From the NCBI RefSeq assembly GCF_902713615.1, contig NW_024055461.1, positions 2,411,323 to 2,475,322 of the forward strand: a stretch of DNA of 64,000 nt, given 5' to 3'. Below the pieces are notes generated by a model. That model did not search any database. It was not told the DNA's origin and worked only from the letters and a program-made list of their open reading frames with translations. The position numbers and the translations under genes are program-made. Source of the stretch: Scyliorhinus canicula (taxonomy: Eukaryota). Positions 36,173-49,130 of the stretch are shown here, piece after piece (the stretch's first letter is position 1; every line of letters starts with the position of its first letter).

Positions 36173-37489
36173 TCAGAGAGTATTTTCAATTCCAATAAAT
36201 CTGCGTTCCTCCCCTTGTCCCGTGTGTGGTTTGATCTCGATTCGGGAACGTACTCAGGTCTACGTATCCACCAATTACATTGCTGTCTCTATCCTTGTAC
36301 AGGTCAATAAAGGAGCCGTTTGGGATTACTGAGCTTAATCTGCATGTCGCCATGCACAATAAATTTAAGCTTGGAATATCCACTTCCGAGTAGAAGTATT
36401 TCAAGCTCTCAGATGTGAGGATAATAAAATCTTCCAGGACCTTAACTTAGGTGGGCCTAAGGCCACTGAGTCTGAGCCACTAGTCCCTGTAACTGAAGAC
36501 AGAATGGACCAATCGGCTGTAGTTATGAATACATAGACTGCACATTAACTATTTAACGATGGGCTCACGGAGCAACAAAACTAACTTGTCAAACAGGACA
36601 ATGTCCCTTTTTAGTCCTCATTAGAACATCGATTTGCCGATCGAAAATACATCAAATCTATGTTGACTCTTCCTGCTTTCAGTTGTGATAAGGGACCTGT
36701 TTCAGCTCGTGGTGGACGGATGGTGAGCGATTGGTGCTGCCCATGATGAGTGCTGTAAAATTCATGGGGGCCTGATTACTCCACAACTCACAAAGGTGCA
36801 CGAGCACAGGGCCGTGTATTCGTCCGGTCCTTCCAGGTCTTTTCTGCACTGCCTCAGGGGACCAATATTACCGGCTTCTTCTTTAGATTGCTGGCAATCG
36901 GTGGATTGGCTCACACTGCTGAAATGCACAGAGTTGTGATCCTGTTCTGATCACAAGTATAGTGCGCCCACTGCGGCATCGGCTTACCTCTATCACTGTA
37001 ATAGCCTTCATGACGCTGTGCTGGGACAGCTCAGCGATGCTCTGTCGCCCTCGATAACAAACACTGACTCAGGAGATTTTGATACCTCTTCACGGACCCA
37101 CGCACAGACGAACTTTGAGCAGGATTTGGTTAGTCAGCCCCTTGAGCCGCCTCCATCTTTCAATAAGTTCGTGGCTGATGTGATCACCACATCAGATTCA
37201 CATTTTGCCTACCCCGGATAAACTTTGATTTCCTTTTTAATCGAGAATACATGCACATCTGCCTTGAAATATTGAATGAACCTCCCTCAACGGTGTCTGC
37301 AGAAGAGGTCCACAGATTCACGAAGCTCGCTCAGAAAAAAAGACAAAGATATAAAAATCCCGTCTGTTGGTTTGTTTCTGGGATGGTCTGTCTTTCTGCT
37401 ATAATGTGATTTACGTAACAGACATGTATAGGAATATTTATATTTGTTTACTGGTATTTCTCTATATATGTGTCATATTGAAATCACTT

Positions 37490-37870
37490 CTACCTTTGCT
37501 GCTACACAGATTCTCTCAAATCAGGTGGAACATGAACCGTGCAGGCTGCCCGGATACTGACTGTGGATCGTCAGGATCGATTGCATTGGTGTGTAGCGTC
37601 AATATCCTCTTCAACCCTCATTTCAGCGTCCAACTGTTCCACTGGGTCTTAGTGGCTCCAGTCTGATACAAACGAACAGAACACAATAATAATTTCAAAA
37701 TTCAGAATCAGCCTCATATCGAACAACGTAATGGCCACCTGCACCATCATCATTATTATTTCATTAACAATAATATCTGGTTACACAGTCAGGGGAGAAT
37801 GGGGGTTTTCAGTGAAGGAAATACTGAGCAGCGAGATCATAACGAGGAGAGCGAGAGGCGGTTCCCACGA
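37490..37870 (-). pseudogene. Degenerate family-B TCR V
   Basis: Leader relic 37870-37820 (start lost); acceptor at 37662 then WSH*DPVEQLDAEMRVEE; upstream 37900-38200 resembles 41150-41420. Confidence 0.75.
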
Positions 37871-38391
37871 TAGTTCCTGAATCAATCGCTCTTTAGCGCA
37901 GGCAATTATCTGTCAGAGCAGCAATCCAGATTCTGGTCCCACTGCACTGAGATCCAACCAATGACAGGAATCGAGCAGCGGCAGCAATGTCTAGAATATC
38001 ATAATGTTGTTGGGGCGAGGCCATCAAACGGAAGCTGTGACCGGGGCACCGCAGACTCAAAGATGGAAAAGTGTGCGGCGGTTATCAGCTGTATTCGCAA
38101 GTGAGTAAGCGGAAATAGCGACAGTTGACCATCCTGCAGCCCGTGACCATCCTGCACCTGCTCAACTCACTGAGAACAATACAGTGTCGGAGGGGCGGGA
38201 AGGGGCCAGATTCAACTGACGCTACCTGCACCTATTCGAAAGAACTTTTTCTATTGCCCTTTTCACCCTACATTTAAATCACGCTTGATTTTCTGTTGTC
38301 AAGTTCTGACAATATCTCATCTCATCACATTTTGCGCCAGACTCCAAATGGTAACAACTCACAGTGCGATTAACGCCATTTCTTTGCGAAT

Positions 38392-38463
38392 GGTGCGGTG
38401 GCCAAGAGGAAAGGCGTTGGTTTCGTAAACCAAAGAGCACGGGTTTGAATCCCGTCCGTGCCT
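38392..38463 (+). tRNA. tRNA-Thr(CGT), probably a pseudogene
   Basis: 72 nt; follows the vertebrate Thr-CGT sequence with anticodon stem TTGGT/ACCAA. B box reads GTTTGAAT (C56 to T), D loop altered, U3-G70 wobble. Confidence 0.8.
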
Positions 38464-38864
38464 TGGTGTCGCTGCTCGGTTCCCCGGAGCTATTTGTGCC
38501 GATCAAAGTCGTTTGATTCATCCTTTTCCACAAGCACCCGCAACAGGAAATTTCATCCATGCTAATCCATCCCAAAACATTGAACCTTCAGTTAATGGAA
38601 ATAATTCCGGACAATCTGGTCTCTAAGAAAACAAAATTCTGAGCACAACACATGAGGATCAGGAGGTCATGGCGGATTTGAGGAAAATAAACTACCTGGA
38701 AGGGTGGTAGATATCCTTTAAATAGTACCAATGACATGGCACGTCATAGCATTCAAGGCCAAGTGCTGGCAAATGGGGCAGGTCCGGTGTTTTTCGCGTG
38801 TGGGTGCAGACACGATTGGCCGAAGGGCCACAGTCTGAACTGTGTGAATCTGCGATTCTGAGTG

Positions 38865-40010
38865 GTAACCAGAGGGACACCGGCTGCGGATCCAAAGACC
38901 CCTGAAGGTTGAGGGCAAGTTGTTAAGAAGGCTTATGAAATATTTGAGTTTATTTTCCGTTGAATATAAGATCAGGGAGGTTATGATGGAGCTGTAGGAA
39001 CGCTTGTTGGGCCACAGCTGGAGTATTGTGTGCAGCTCTGGTCACTACACTGTAGCAAGGATTTGATTGCAGTAGAGAGGGTGCAGTGGAGAATCACCAG
39101 CATGATGCCGGGGGTGGAGTGTTTCAGCTGTGAAGATACATTCCAGGTATTAGGTTAATTCCACGAGTTACAAACTTCCACGTTTTGCCACGTATACATT
39201 TATATCCAGATATTGCCTTGTCTTTCACTGGAGCGTCGGTGGCAATCGGAGGAATGCTGCAATGAAGCAAGATGTGATAGTTTTCTGATAACAAGTACCG
39301 CGAACCGGCTGCGGCATAGCCTTCACCGCACCATTGAAGGATAACACACACTCACTCGGGAAAATGCAGGGCCTTTTCATTACCATATGAGCATCCGACG
39401 TAGGGGCAGGGAGTTGGCCAATCGGCCACTCGAGTTACTCCACAATTCAATGACATCATGGCTATGGTGACCATTGCCTTAGCTCCACATTCCGTATAAC
39501 CCACGGACGCTGGTAGAGGTATAATCAGTAAGTTAGCAGATTCCAACAAAATTGTTGATGTGGTTAATAGTGAGGAGGAAAAACTTTGAATAGTGGCAAA
39601 TGGACTCTGAAAAGTGTGAGGTGATGCATTTTGGCAGGACTAAAAAGGCAAAGGAATATACAATGAACGGTAGGACGCTGGGAATTACAGTAACCAGAGG
39701 GATACCGGCTGCGGATCCAAAGACCCCTGAAGGTTGAGGGCAAGTTGTTAAGAAGGCTTATGAAATATTTGAGTTTATTTTCCGTTGAATATAAGATCAG
39801 GGAGGTTATGATGGAGCTGTAGGAACGCTTGTTGGGCCACAGCTGGAGTATTGTGTGCAGCTCTGGTCACTACACTGTAGCAAGGATTTGATTGCAGGAG
39901 AGAGGGTGCAGTGGAGAATCACCAGCATGATGCCGGGGGTGGAGTGTTTCAGCTGTGAAGAGAGGCTGGTGAGGTTGAGGTTGTTTTCCTTGGAGCAGAG
40001 AAGGCTGAGG
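38865..40010 (+). mobile_element. Decayed CR1 fragment with an internal 272-bp near-identical direct duplication
   Basis: 38865-39136 equals 39690-39961 apart from two substitutions. Confidence 0.85.
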
Positions 40011-40579
40011 TATATTAAATCCACCTAATCCACCTATTCTGCATATTTTTAGCCACAGCATGTTTTGGGATTGAGGGAGGAAACAAAATCAGACAGGGGG
40101 AGATGCACAAACTCGTCCAAAGACTGATTGATTCTGGGTCCCTGGCGATGTGAAGTAGCAGTGCTAGCCACTGTGTCACCCCAAATAACCTAATTCTTTG
40201 ACCACGTTTTTGACCACACAACCCAAATGTTCCTCGCAAACTCCTTGGGACATGTAATGATGGGAAAAGCTCGACATGTACATAAATTGCTGCATTTGTT
40301 GTAGTTCAGTGAGACCTGATAGTTTACTGAGTGAGTGCGTCTGTACACCATGATATGAACAAGAAGCAGGAGTTAAGGAATCAAAGATCAATTCGTCAAT
40401 CTTATATCTGTTATGAATGTAAGTTGCAATCGTCAACTGTTATAGCTGTGCAAGTGGACCTCACCTCTTGCTGTTTTTGAGTGTTGTTTTCTTACAAATT
40501 ATGTCACTCTGAGTATGGAAACTGAACTGCCCATGAGGACGCGACCCCTGCTGAGCAGCAGCTAGAACTGCCAGTGTGG

Positions 40580-41124
40580 GGTTTTTGTACGGGATCCCCC
40601 ATATCTCTGTAGCAGTGTGGGCGCCATGGCACAGAAATACACGGCGCTGTCGGAGACCATTGTGTTACTGATCGTTAGCTCGGTAGTCTTGTTCTTTTTA
40701 TCAAACGTAGAAGAAAGCCGATCATTGAGGTCGGTGTTCCTTTGCACATTTTGTCCAATAAGACGAAACATGTATATTGGAGCTTTCCCGGGCTGCTGAC
40801 TGTACCAGTACACATAAGGGTTAGATTCGCTTGTTTTCAAGGTGCAGGTTAATGTGACTTCACTTTCCTCTGTAACCGTTATTTCGGGTTTCCTTTGTTC
40901 CACGGTGTCCTGGTGGCTCCATTCTAACAGAAATAACAGCGATAATGACAATCAGAGTCAGCCTCATATTAAACAATCAAATGATCTCTAAAATAATCAT
41001 TCTAATTTTACCAATAATAACATTTGTGTTACAGCAGTCAGGAAGACAATGGGGTGTTGCTGGGAAAGAAATACTTACCGAGAAGTGAGATAACGATGAG
41101 GAGCGAAGCGAGATGGTTCCTCAT
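40580..41124 (-). CDS. Intact family-B TCR V gene segment
   Basis: Leader 41124-41079 (MRNHLASLLIVISLL). Exon 40923-40620: EWSHQDTVEQ...LTC...YVYWYSQ...DSAVYFCAMAP. RSS CACACTG (40619-40613), 24 bp, ACAAAAACC (40588-40580). Confidence 0.92.
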
Positions 41125-41744
41125 GATCCTTCTTGAGTTTGTAATTCTGCAATTAGATAAATCCTGTGTCAGAGACAAAAATACAGATCCCCGTCACGCT
41201 GCTGATCCGACCAATGAGAGGAATGAACCAGCAGCAGCAATCTCTCCAGTAACACAATTGGGTCAGAATGAGAGCAGCAACCGGAAGCTGTGGGCGGGGA
41301 TACCGCAGTCTCAATATTGAGTGAAGTGTGCGGTGACTCTCAGCTGCACTCGGAACTCTGGAGCGGAAATAGCGACAGTTGAATCTTCACTGCACCGTGA
41401 CCATCCTGCACCTGTTCATCGTGCAAGTCACTGAGAAGAATTAGATCGGGAAGGACATGACGGACTAGAATCTAGAATCTTCGAGTCAGGGATGAGGCCA
41501 CACGATCTATATTGCCCGAGACACTTTGAAATCGTTATCTTATTCTTCTTTCAAAAACAGCATTTTCTATATACCCCGGTAATTCTATATGCCCCGGTAA
41601 TTCCCTTTACATTTCCTTCTAAAAGTTATTGTTGAATCTTCTTCCTTTATTTAGACACGTCATCGAAAGTTTAGCAAAGCGCAGTGTCCCTCTCCATTCG
41701 GTCAACTCTCAGCCTTTCGGGGGCAGCGGGAAACGTGTGACCAT

Positions 41745-41759
41745 GTCGCCCTCTGGTGG
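41745..41759 (-). promoter_or_regulatory. Strong CTCF-like motif between two V genes
   Basis: Minus strand CCACCAGAGGGCGAC with an upstream-module-like caagttct 6 bp before. Confidence 0.7.
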
Positions 41760-42443
41760 ATATAATCAGAACTTGACACCGTTCGGACACTTGATGAAAA
41801 TAGAAAATCAGAATATCAATTCTAGGGGAATTAACGCAGAAGGGGAAATATACACAAAGCCTGCAGCTTGTCTACAAAGATCATCGACACCAGTTGAACA
41901 GAGGGGAAATATAAGTTAATATTGGAGCAAGGTTGTTGTGGTTTGTTGTTGTTCATTGTGCAGCTGAGAACGGGAAATACCGACAGGCAGGCAGCTGGGA
42001 ATTTTCCTTCTTAAATTCATTTGATTATTGTTTTATGTCCTGGTAAGTGTTGCGCAAGCCTGGACATTCACCAACAGCATTTCTTTAGAAATTGACGCGA
42101 CACAAACGCACACTGCCAACTGTACTAGTATATTTTCATATTAAGAATGAGTATAATTTATATAAAGAGGAAATCCATCCACACTTAGCACAATAGGCTA
42201 AATAGCTGGCTTGTAATGCAGAGCAATGCTCGCAGCGCGGGTTCAATTCCCGTACTGGCCTTCTCGAGCAGGCGCTGGAAGATGGCGACAAGGGGCTTTT
42301 CACAGTAACTTCATTAAAGCCTGCTTGTTATTATTCTTAAATGTAAGAGGTATAACGACAAGCAAGGTGATCCGCTGGTGAGAGATCTTCGACCCCCTCT
42401 GATTGTAACATCGCTGTGTTGTTATGTGCATAAACGCTTTGAC

Positions 42444-43211
42444 AGTTTTTGTACAGGTTCAGCGGGTTCTGTGTGTCTGTGGGTCTCAGTGCGCAGTAAT
42501 ACACCGCAAGGTCAGTCAGTTGTACCCTAGAGACTTTCAGCGGAACTGTCCGACCAGATTCATCGAACTTCGCTGAAAAGCGGTTCTCTGGAATGCCCTC
42601 CGTTTTCTCGCTGTATCTGTTCCTCTGCAACAAGTACTCCAAGGAGCCGCTGGGATACTGACGGTACCAATACAGGTAAGGAACGTCGCTGCTTGTAGAT
42701 GTGAAATTACAGAACAATTCAATGTCACCTCCTTCATGGACTGAGGTTTCAGCTGGTGTCTGTGAAACCGAATCTCCTCGGCAATAACCTATAAGAGCCA
42801 ACAGCGATAGTAAATGAAACAATGTCGCTCCATTATCTATCCCCATAATTAGCCGATCACTCCCAAGAGTTACCTGGGAATTAAAGAAGTGTTAGCAGAA
42901 AGACATTCCCTACAAAATGTGAGTCAAGGAGGAGGGGTTTGAACAACTTTCAGCACTTTCCAGCGGGGTAAGATTAGGGGCAGTGGGGGAGAATGCGAAT
43001 ACCCAGAAGGGTTTTTAATGTTAAGTTCAGATCGGTCTGAATGATTGTTTCTGCGCTTAGAATCAAGGTGTGGATATTTCTGTGTTCTCTATACTGACCG
43101 CTTAAATATAAAGGATGAGATAGATGTGAAACGCAGAGTTACATAGCATTCGAACTTACCAGTTAAGACAGCAGCAGCTGTAAAGATAAATGAAAAAGTA
43201 ACAGTGAACAT
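42444..43211 (-). CDS. Intact TCR alpha/delta V gene segment with a variant RSS
   Basis: Leader 43211-43160 (MFTVTFSFIFTAAAVLT). Exon 42788-42482: GYCRGDSVSQ...LFC...YLYWYRQ...DLAVYYCALR. CACAGAC (42481-42475), 22 bp, ACAAAAACT (42452-42444). Confidence 0.92.
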
Positions 43212-43412
43212 GTTCACACAGAGATGATGGCAGGTTTGAAGAGGCTTCTTCCACCTGAAATAGTTTTCATTCCAGAATTGGGTGAAGGTTGACTCATATC
43301 CAGCCTCTTTGCGGATTGGCTAGTTCTTGACAGAGACAGCAGGGGATAACCAATCAGCCCATTACTCTTCAAATCATCCAATCAACTTGCAGTTTCTGTG
43401 CTCTCTGATTCG

Positions 43413-43420
43413 TGACGTCA
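43413..43420. promoter_or_regulatory. CRE (TGACGTCA) in a V promoter
   Basis: ~200 bp upstream of the leader ATG at 43211, near CCAAT elements. Confidence 0.65.
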
Positions 43421-43909
43421 GTGCGGGGAGGAGAAAACAGTGAAATTGAACCTGAAATTGTTCCGTTCGAAATTGGTTATTATTTGATCCGTCCTATTGT
43501 GTAGAAGGCGGTGAACTTCCACAGGAGGACATGTTTGTTAAATAATTCTAAAAGTGTTCTCTCACATCTAGGAACTGTTTGTGTAGAGAGTCCACGGTTC
43601 GCCCATGAATATATCAAGTCGGTGACATATTTAATGTGGCATCAGTGCCGGGATTAACATTAATCTTTCTGCTGTATCCCGCTGCTGTTGTATATTTGTC
43701 ACGGATTGTATGTTGTGAATATCAATCTTCACACCGACAGTGTTCCTCTGACCAGACGGCACGCAAATAGTTTCAGTTCAGAACTTACTTATTCAAGCTA
43801 TGGCAGGGGAGCTAAACACCCACAAGGTGATTTATCAGCACCCGGATCATAGAGAATACAGAACAATTATATTTTTCATATATTTCAGGTAATTAACATA
43901 CACTAACAA

Positions 43910-44500
43910 TGCACAGTGGGTAAAACTGCAGGCTCGTGCCGCCAGGGACCCGGGTTCAGTTCCGCCCTTGCGTGACTGTCTGTGTGGAGTTTTCACATTT
44001 TGTGTGGACTTCCTTCCGGTGCTCCGGGTTTCTTCCATAGATGTGCAGGTTAGGTGCAGTTACAGGGCGGACGATTGGGCCAAGGTAGGATGGTCTTTCT
44101 AAGTATCCCTGCAGACTCGTTAACCGAATGGCCTCTTTTTCCATTGTGGGGATTCTATGACACAAACAGCAGATGACATCGGGCAGCACGGTAGCACAAG
44201 TGGTTAGCACTGTGGCTTCACGGCACCAGCGTACCAGTTTCGATCCCCCGCTGGGTGACTGTGCGGAATTTGCATGTTCTCCCCGTGTCTGCGTGGGTTT
44301 CCTCCGGGTGCTCCGGTTTCCTCCCATTGTCCAAAGATGTGCGGGTTAGGTGGATTGGCCATGCTAAATTGCCCTTAGTGTCCAAAAAAGATTAGGAGGG
44401 GTTATTGGGTTACGGAGTAGGGTGGAAGTGAGGGTTTGAGTGGGTCGGTGCAGACTCGATGGGCCAAATGGCCTCCTTCTGCACTGTATGTTCTATGATC
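43910..44500 (+). mobile_element. Two tandem HE1-type SINEs
   Basis: Heads at ~43910 and ~44181; the second is near full length with its tail at ~44500. Confidence 0.85.
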
Positions 44501-44870
44501 TGTGACAACCTCTCAACGTGTAGTTCCCTTGTTTCGCAATTCAGAGCAAAGCTCTTTGTTTTCTGATTAATTATAATAATGTAGAGGGAATTAAGTTGTT
44601 CTCCTCACAGTAGGAACAAGGACTTCAGTAAAGACAATGTTGGGCGCTGAATAGGATCAGTCTTTGAGGTGGGATAGCGAAGTGACATTTAATGTCTTTA
44701 TTTTGTCAGCGCTCGAGATTCCCTCAAAATAATCTGCTCAGTGGCGGCGTAAAGCAGAAAGAGTGCTGGATTGAAATAACACAAACATTACAGCAAAACT
44801 GATCTACATATTGTGATTGCTCATATGATATCAGCTCACAGTCAATGAGAGGATGTGAGAGTGCCTTGCC

Positions 44871-45343
44871 AGTTTTTGTATGGATTGACTGTGTCTCTGC
44901 AACAGTATGGGTCTCAGAGCACAGTGATACACAGCAGAGTCAGACACACGGACCCCGGTGATAGTTAAAGGAACTGTTTTTTGCTCCTGGTCCAAACGAG
45001 CAGAAAAACGGTCGGGAAAATTTGACGACTTGTCCCCCTCCGCCTTGCCGTACTTTCTTAGTAAATATCTCGGAGATTCCCCTGGATACTGGATGTACCA
45101 GAAGAGGTAGGGATAGGTAGCGGTTGTGGAGTAATTGCAGTTCAATATTATCGTGTGTCCCTCCTGAACCGTCACATCAGGCGGATCCTGGTAAACTGAA
45201 TCAATTCCCTTTATTCCTGAAATAAAGAACAGTCTGTATTAAACAATTGGGAGTAAACCTGATCAATCCACACAGGCGTATTGAACCGTCGACTCACCGG
45301 GTAGCAGAACCATGATTATCAGTAAAGGATATACGCAGCACAT
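44871..45343 (-). CDS. TCR alpha/delta V with an open frame but a CAT-initiated heptamer (ORF-class segment)
   Basis: Leader 45343-45298 (MCCVYPLLIIMVLLP). Exon 45216-44910: ...DSVYQDPP...LNC...YLFWYIQ...DSAVYHCALR. CATACTG (44909-44903), 23 bp, ACAAAAACT (44879-44871). Confidence 0.9.
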
Positions 45344-45619
45344 GGTATGTGGTGTTCAGTTCGACTAGCATAACAGAATGGTTTAAACTGCGGAACTTTT
45401 TATTCTCATATTTAAAAGTAAAAACAGACCACGGATTACTGCCCTTATTCAGACACTGAGGGTGCTGCTTACGACGGCGATTAGCTGATTTTAAAAAACT
45501 GATACGAACGGTCAACCAATCAGCATCATTGATGTGAAATTAACTGATCCATTCTCACCTGCTTCCGCTTGACGTCCGCCAGAGTATATCGCTCTTCTCA
45601 CCCCATCTCTCTTTGTGCA

Positions 45620-46670
45620 TACATACAGGCGCAGTCACACGCACTCACACACACAGAGACACACATAGACAGGCACGCACACACTTTCTCACACATAGAC
45701 ACCCATACTCGGACACAAAAACCGACATACATGCAGACACACACACAAACAAGCACAGACATACGCTCACCGACAGACACACGCAGACATAAACATACAC
45801 AAATAAACACGCAACAGACAAAAGCACAGGCAAACAGGCACACATATGAACACGCATGCAGATACACCCAAACAAACACACAAATAAAACAACGCACAGG
45901 AAAACACAACACATGCAGGGACACAGACACTGACGCACACAGACACATACCCATTCACACACACGCATTCGCAAAAACAGACACAAGGGCAAAGAGACAA
46001 TACAGACACAAGGAAACATACACACAAACAGAGACAAGCAGGCACAGGCGCAGACGCATCTATGAGGCACCGGCAGACACACACAGACGTACACATAAAC
46101 ACAGACACCAAATGGACACACACACACATACATAAACACACGTAGACACACTGACACCAGCACACAGACACACACACATACACAGACAAACACAAGGACA
46201 GACACACATAAGGACAGACGCACGCACCTACATATATCATAGGATACAGACAGACAAAAACACACGCACTAAGACAGAGATAAAAAGACCTGCCAACACA
46301 CACAGACACAAATAAAACAACACCAAGCAAGTACAAACACAGGTAGTTACCCACACATACACTCACACACACTGGCACACACACATTCGCACACACAGAC
46401 ACAAATGCAGGCACGTAGAAACACAAAGACAGGCAAACATGCACAGGCACAAACGAACCAGCAGACATTCGCAGATACAAACACAGTCATAATCATAAAC
46501 ACTGACACACAGGCACACACACAGGCACGCACAAACATACACAAAAAACAAAGGCACACACAAACAAAACACAGACAAACGCGTACACAGACGCACACAG
46601 ATATATACGCACACAAAATCACAGGCAATTAAAAACTCAGATACACACAGAACACACACACAAACAAACT
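45620..46670. repeat. ~1-kb degenerate (CA)-rich simple repeat
   Basis: Nearly G/T-free plus strand of imperfect CA/CACAGA units; explains the low-complexity ORFs 45569-46659. Confidence 0.95.
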
Positions 46671-46699
46671 TCCCCCTCCCTCGGCTTATTTTGGTTGTT

Positions 46700-47200
46700 G
46701 CGTGGCTGATGAGCCAGATCCTAGAGCAGCATCTTCAATCACTCACTTGCCAGGGGTTTCCAAAAAGTGGCATCGGCCCTCGGACGCTCAGTCGCAGGCA
46801 TTGGTTTCTAAGGCTCCTTTCCCGGGCCTCCCCTTGCCGTCGGGTGTTCTCGAAGAATTGTGACTCTTCAATCAGGAGGTTCCTCCACATAGGTCTCTTC
46901 TGAGCAAAGGATTCCCAAAAATTGACTTCCATGTTCCATTTCTTGAGGTAAGCCTGCAAGGTGTCTTTTAAGAACATACTTTGTCCTCCTCTTGTTCGGG
47001 ATCCTTCCTTGAGTTGGGTGATGAAGATTTATTCTGGCAGTCGGGACCGTGAAATCATATGGGCCGGACAGCGGAGTTGTCTTTGGATGATCATGACCTC
47101 GATACTGGTGCTTTTGACTCCTTGAAGGACACTAATGTTAACATGTCTGTCATTCCAGCTGATTCGGAGATAAAGTGCGTTTGGATTTTGCGATTTACTT
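46700..47200 (-). mobile_element. RTE-clade LINE 3' fragment
   Basis: RLPE*IF..L.EGSRTRGGQ..FLKDTLQAYLKKW....WESFAQKRPMWR pattern. Confidence 0.75.
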
Positions 47201-48229
47201 TAAGCTGAGTTGTTTACGCGTAGCACTGATGCCATGTTTATCCTTCGAAGCCTCAGTGATTATTTCAAATGGTTCAACAAAGTTTGCTGCCGTAGTTGAC
47301 ACATACAAGCCTCCTGTAAGCTAAAGTGATCTATCGGTCTGACAGGGTTTGCAGCGAGTCGATCACCCACCTTACCAGTGTATGATGCCAGAGGAGATGT
47401 GTGCCAGGATGCTGCGCTTCAGCAGCTGCTTCTCTCGGACCTTGAGCTTGTCAATTAACACTAATCAACACTCCCCTTCCCTCCCTCCATTCCCTCTTCC
47501 CTCCCCCCTCTTCACATCATCCCTCCAACTCTTCCCTCCCTCCCCTTCCCGCGCTGCCTCCCACAAATATACACAGCCGTTGTGTTTAAGTCAGAAAATA
47601 TATTTTATTGCATGAAATTTGAAACGGTGAAGTCGTTTTATCTCATTGTTCATTTGAGAAAGTCAAACGGTAAGTTAAATGTTAAGTGGTTTCAAACTTC
47701 TGTATTTCGAAAATTATTCTTGGTCATAAATGTTTGACATTAAACTTTACAAGCTTCTACAAATGTCTTACTGACACATCAGAACAAAGCATATAATTGA
47801 GATAATTATAAATGAAGAAGATAATGAAAGTAAACAAGGCAGAAACATTTAACACGGTGGCACAATGGTTAGCACTGATGCCTCACGACAATAGAGACCC
47901 GTCTTCAATTCTGACCTTGGTTGATGTGTGGTGTTTGTGCATTCTCCCCGTGCCTGCATGGGTTTCCTAGAACCTGGAATAGAACCATCGACTGGAGCCA
48001 ATCAGTACATCAAGTCTGCACTGACCCTCTGAAAGAGTACACTACCTGTGTCCACTCCCTCGCCCTATCTCCGTTACGTAACCTGTGCATCTGAAGTCGG
48101 AAGGGCAGGTGATTGGGGTGGTGAAAAATGCATATGGTACACTTGCCTTTCTCAACCGTGGCATAGATTGTTAAAGCAAGGATCTCATGTTACATTTATA
48201 TAGCGCATAGTTCAGAGGAGAAGTCACAC

Positions 48230-49130
48230 CCGGGTGTGGTATATCTGCTGGTTAACGAACCCGGAAAAAGAAAGTGGAGGACTTGGCCAAGGACTTGATA
48301 GAGACCTGTGGCGCAGTAGCAGTGGAAGGATCGCGGAGGCGGGAGCGCCAGTGCAAGTAGCAAAACCCCACAGGGAACAGTTGAATACCTTTATCAAGGA
48401 AGAGTTCTGCCAGCAGAGGAAGAACATGCAGGAGGATGGCTCGAAGGCCATAGATGGGGCTGTGACTCCCCAAAGGGGTCGATGGAGAGCGTGGAGCAAT
48501 GCTGGGGGGTACAGAGGTCGCCGATACAAGAGATTGAGAAGGTGATGTCGGGCCACAACGATCGGGTGGTGGCATTGAAGGCGGAGGTGGAAGTCTTAGG
48601 AGACCTTTGTAAGAGCAAAGGTGGAGGAGCAGGAAAGTAAGTCGAGAAGGCAGAATCTGTGGATAGTGGGCCTGCCTGAAGGAATGGAAGGTGCGAGTAC
48701 GGCAAGGTACGTTTCAACGATGCTGGCGGGTCTGGTGGTGGAGGGGGTGCTGGGCAAGGCCCCTGAGGTGAACAGAGAGCATTGGTCTTTGGGGCAGAGG
48801 CTTAGAGGCAGGAGCCGCTGCGGGCGGTGATCAGGAGGTCCCACAAGTTCGTCGAGAGGGAGAAGATTCTGCAGTCAGCTAGCGAGAAGCGGAACTGCGA
48901 ATTGGAGAGGAACAAGGCCCTAATAAACCAGAACATGGGAGCTAAGCTGGCAAAACGGCGTGTGGGTTTAACGCAGCCAGGGCGGTGCTGCATCGACAGC
49001 GGATCAGGGTTGGGGTGCTATACCCGCCGAAACTATGGCTACCTATGAATACCCGGAATGCTATTTTGAGACTCCAGAAGCGGCCAATGACTTTATCAAG
49101 GAGCATAAACTGAGGATCACTGAACTGAAC
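48230..49130 (+). mobile_element. L1-clade LINE ORF1 remnant
   Basis: EEQESKSRRQNLWIVGLPEGMEG...IRRSHKFVEREKIL, frameshifted. Confidence 0.8.

Noticed and set aside
43570-43800. cgtggac...acacaaac resembling the family-B RSS spacer and nonamer, with an upstream gtaagt
   Set aside because: Too short and decayed; no heptamer or YxC motif.
45569-46659. Several 100-240-aa C/V- or H/T-rich ORFs
   Set aside because: Artefacts of the CA-rich simple repeat.
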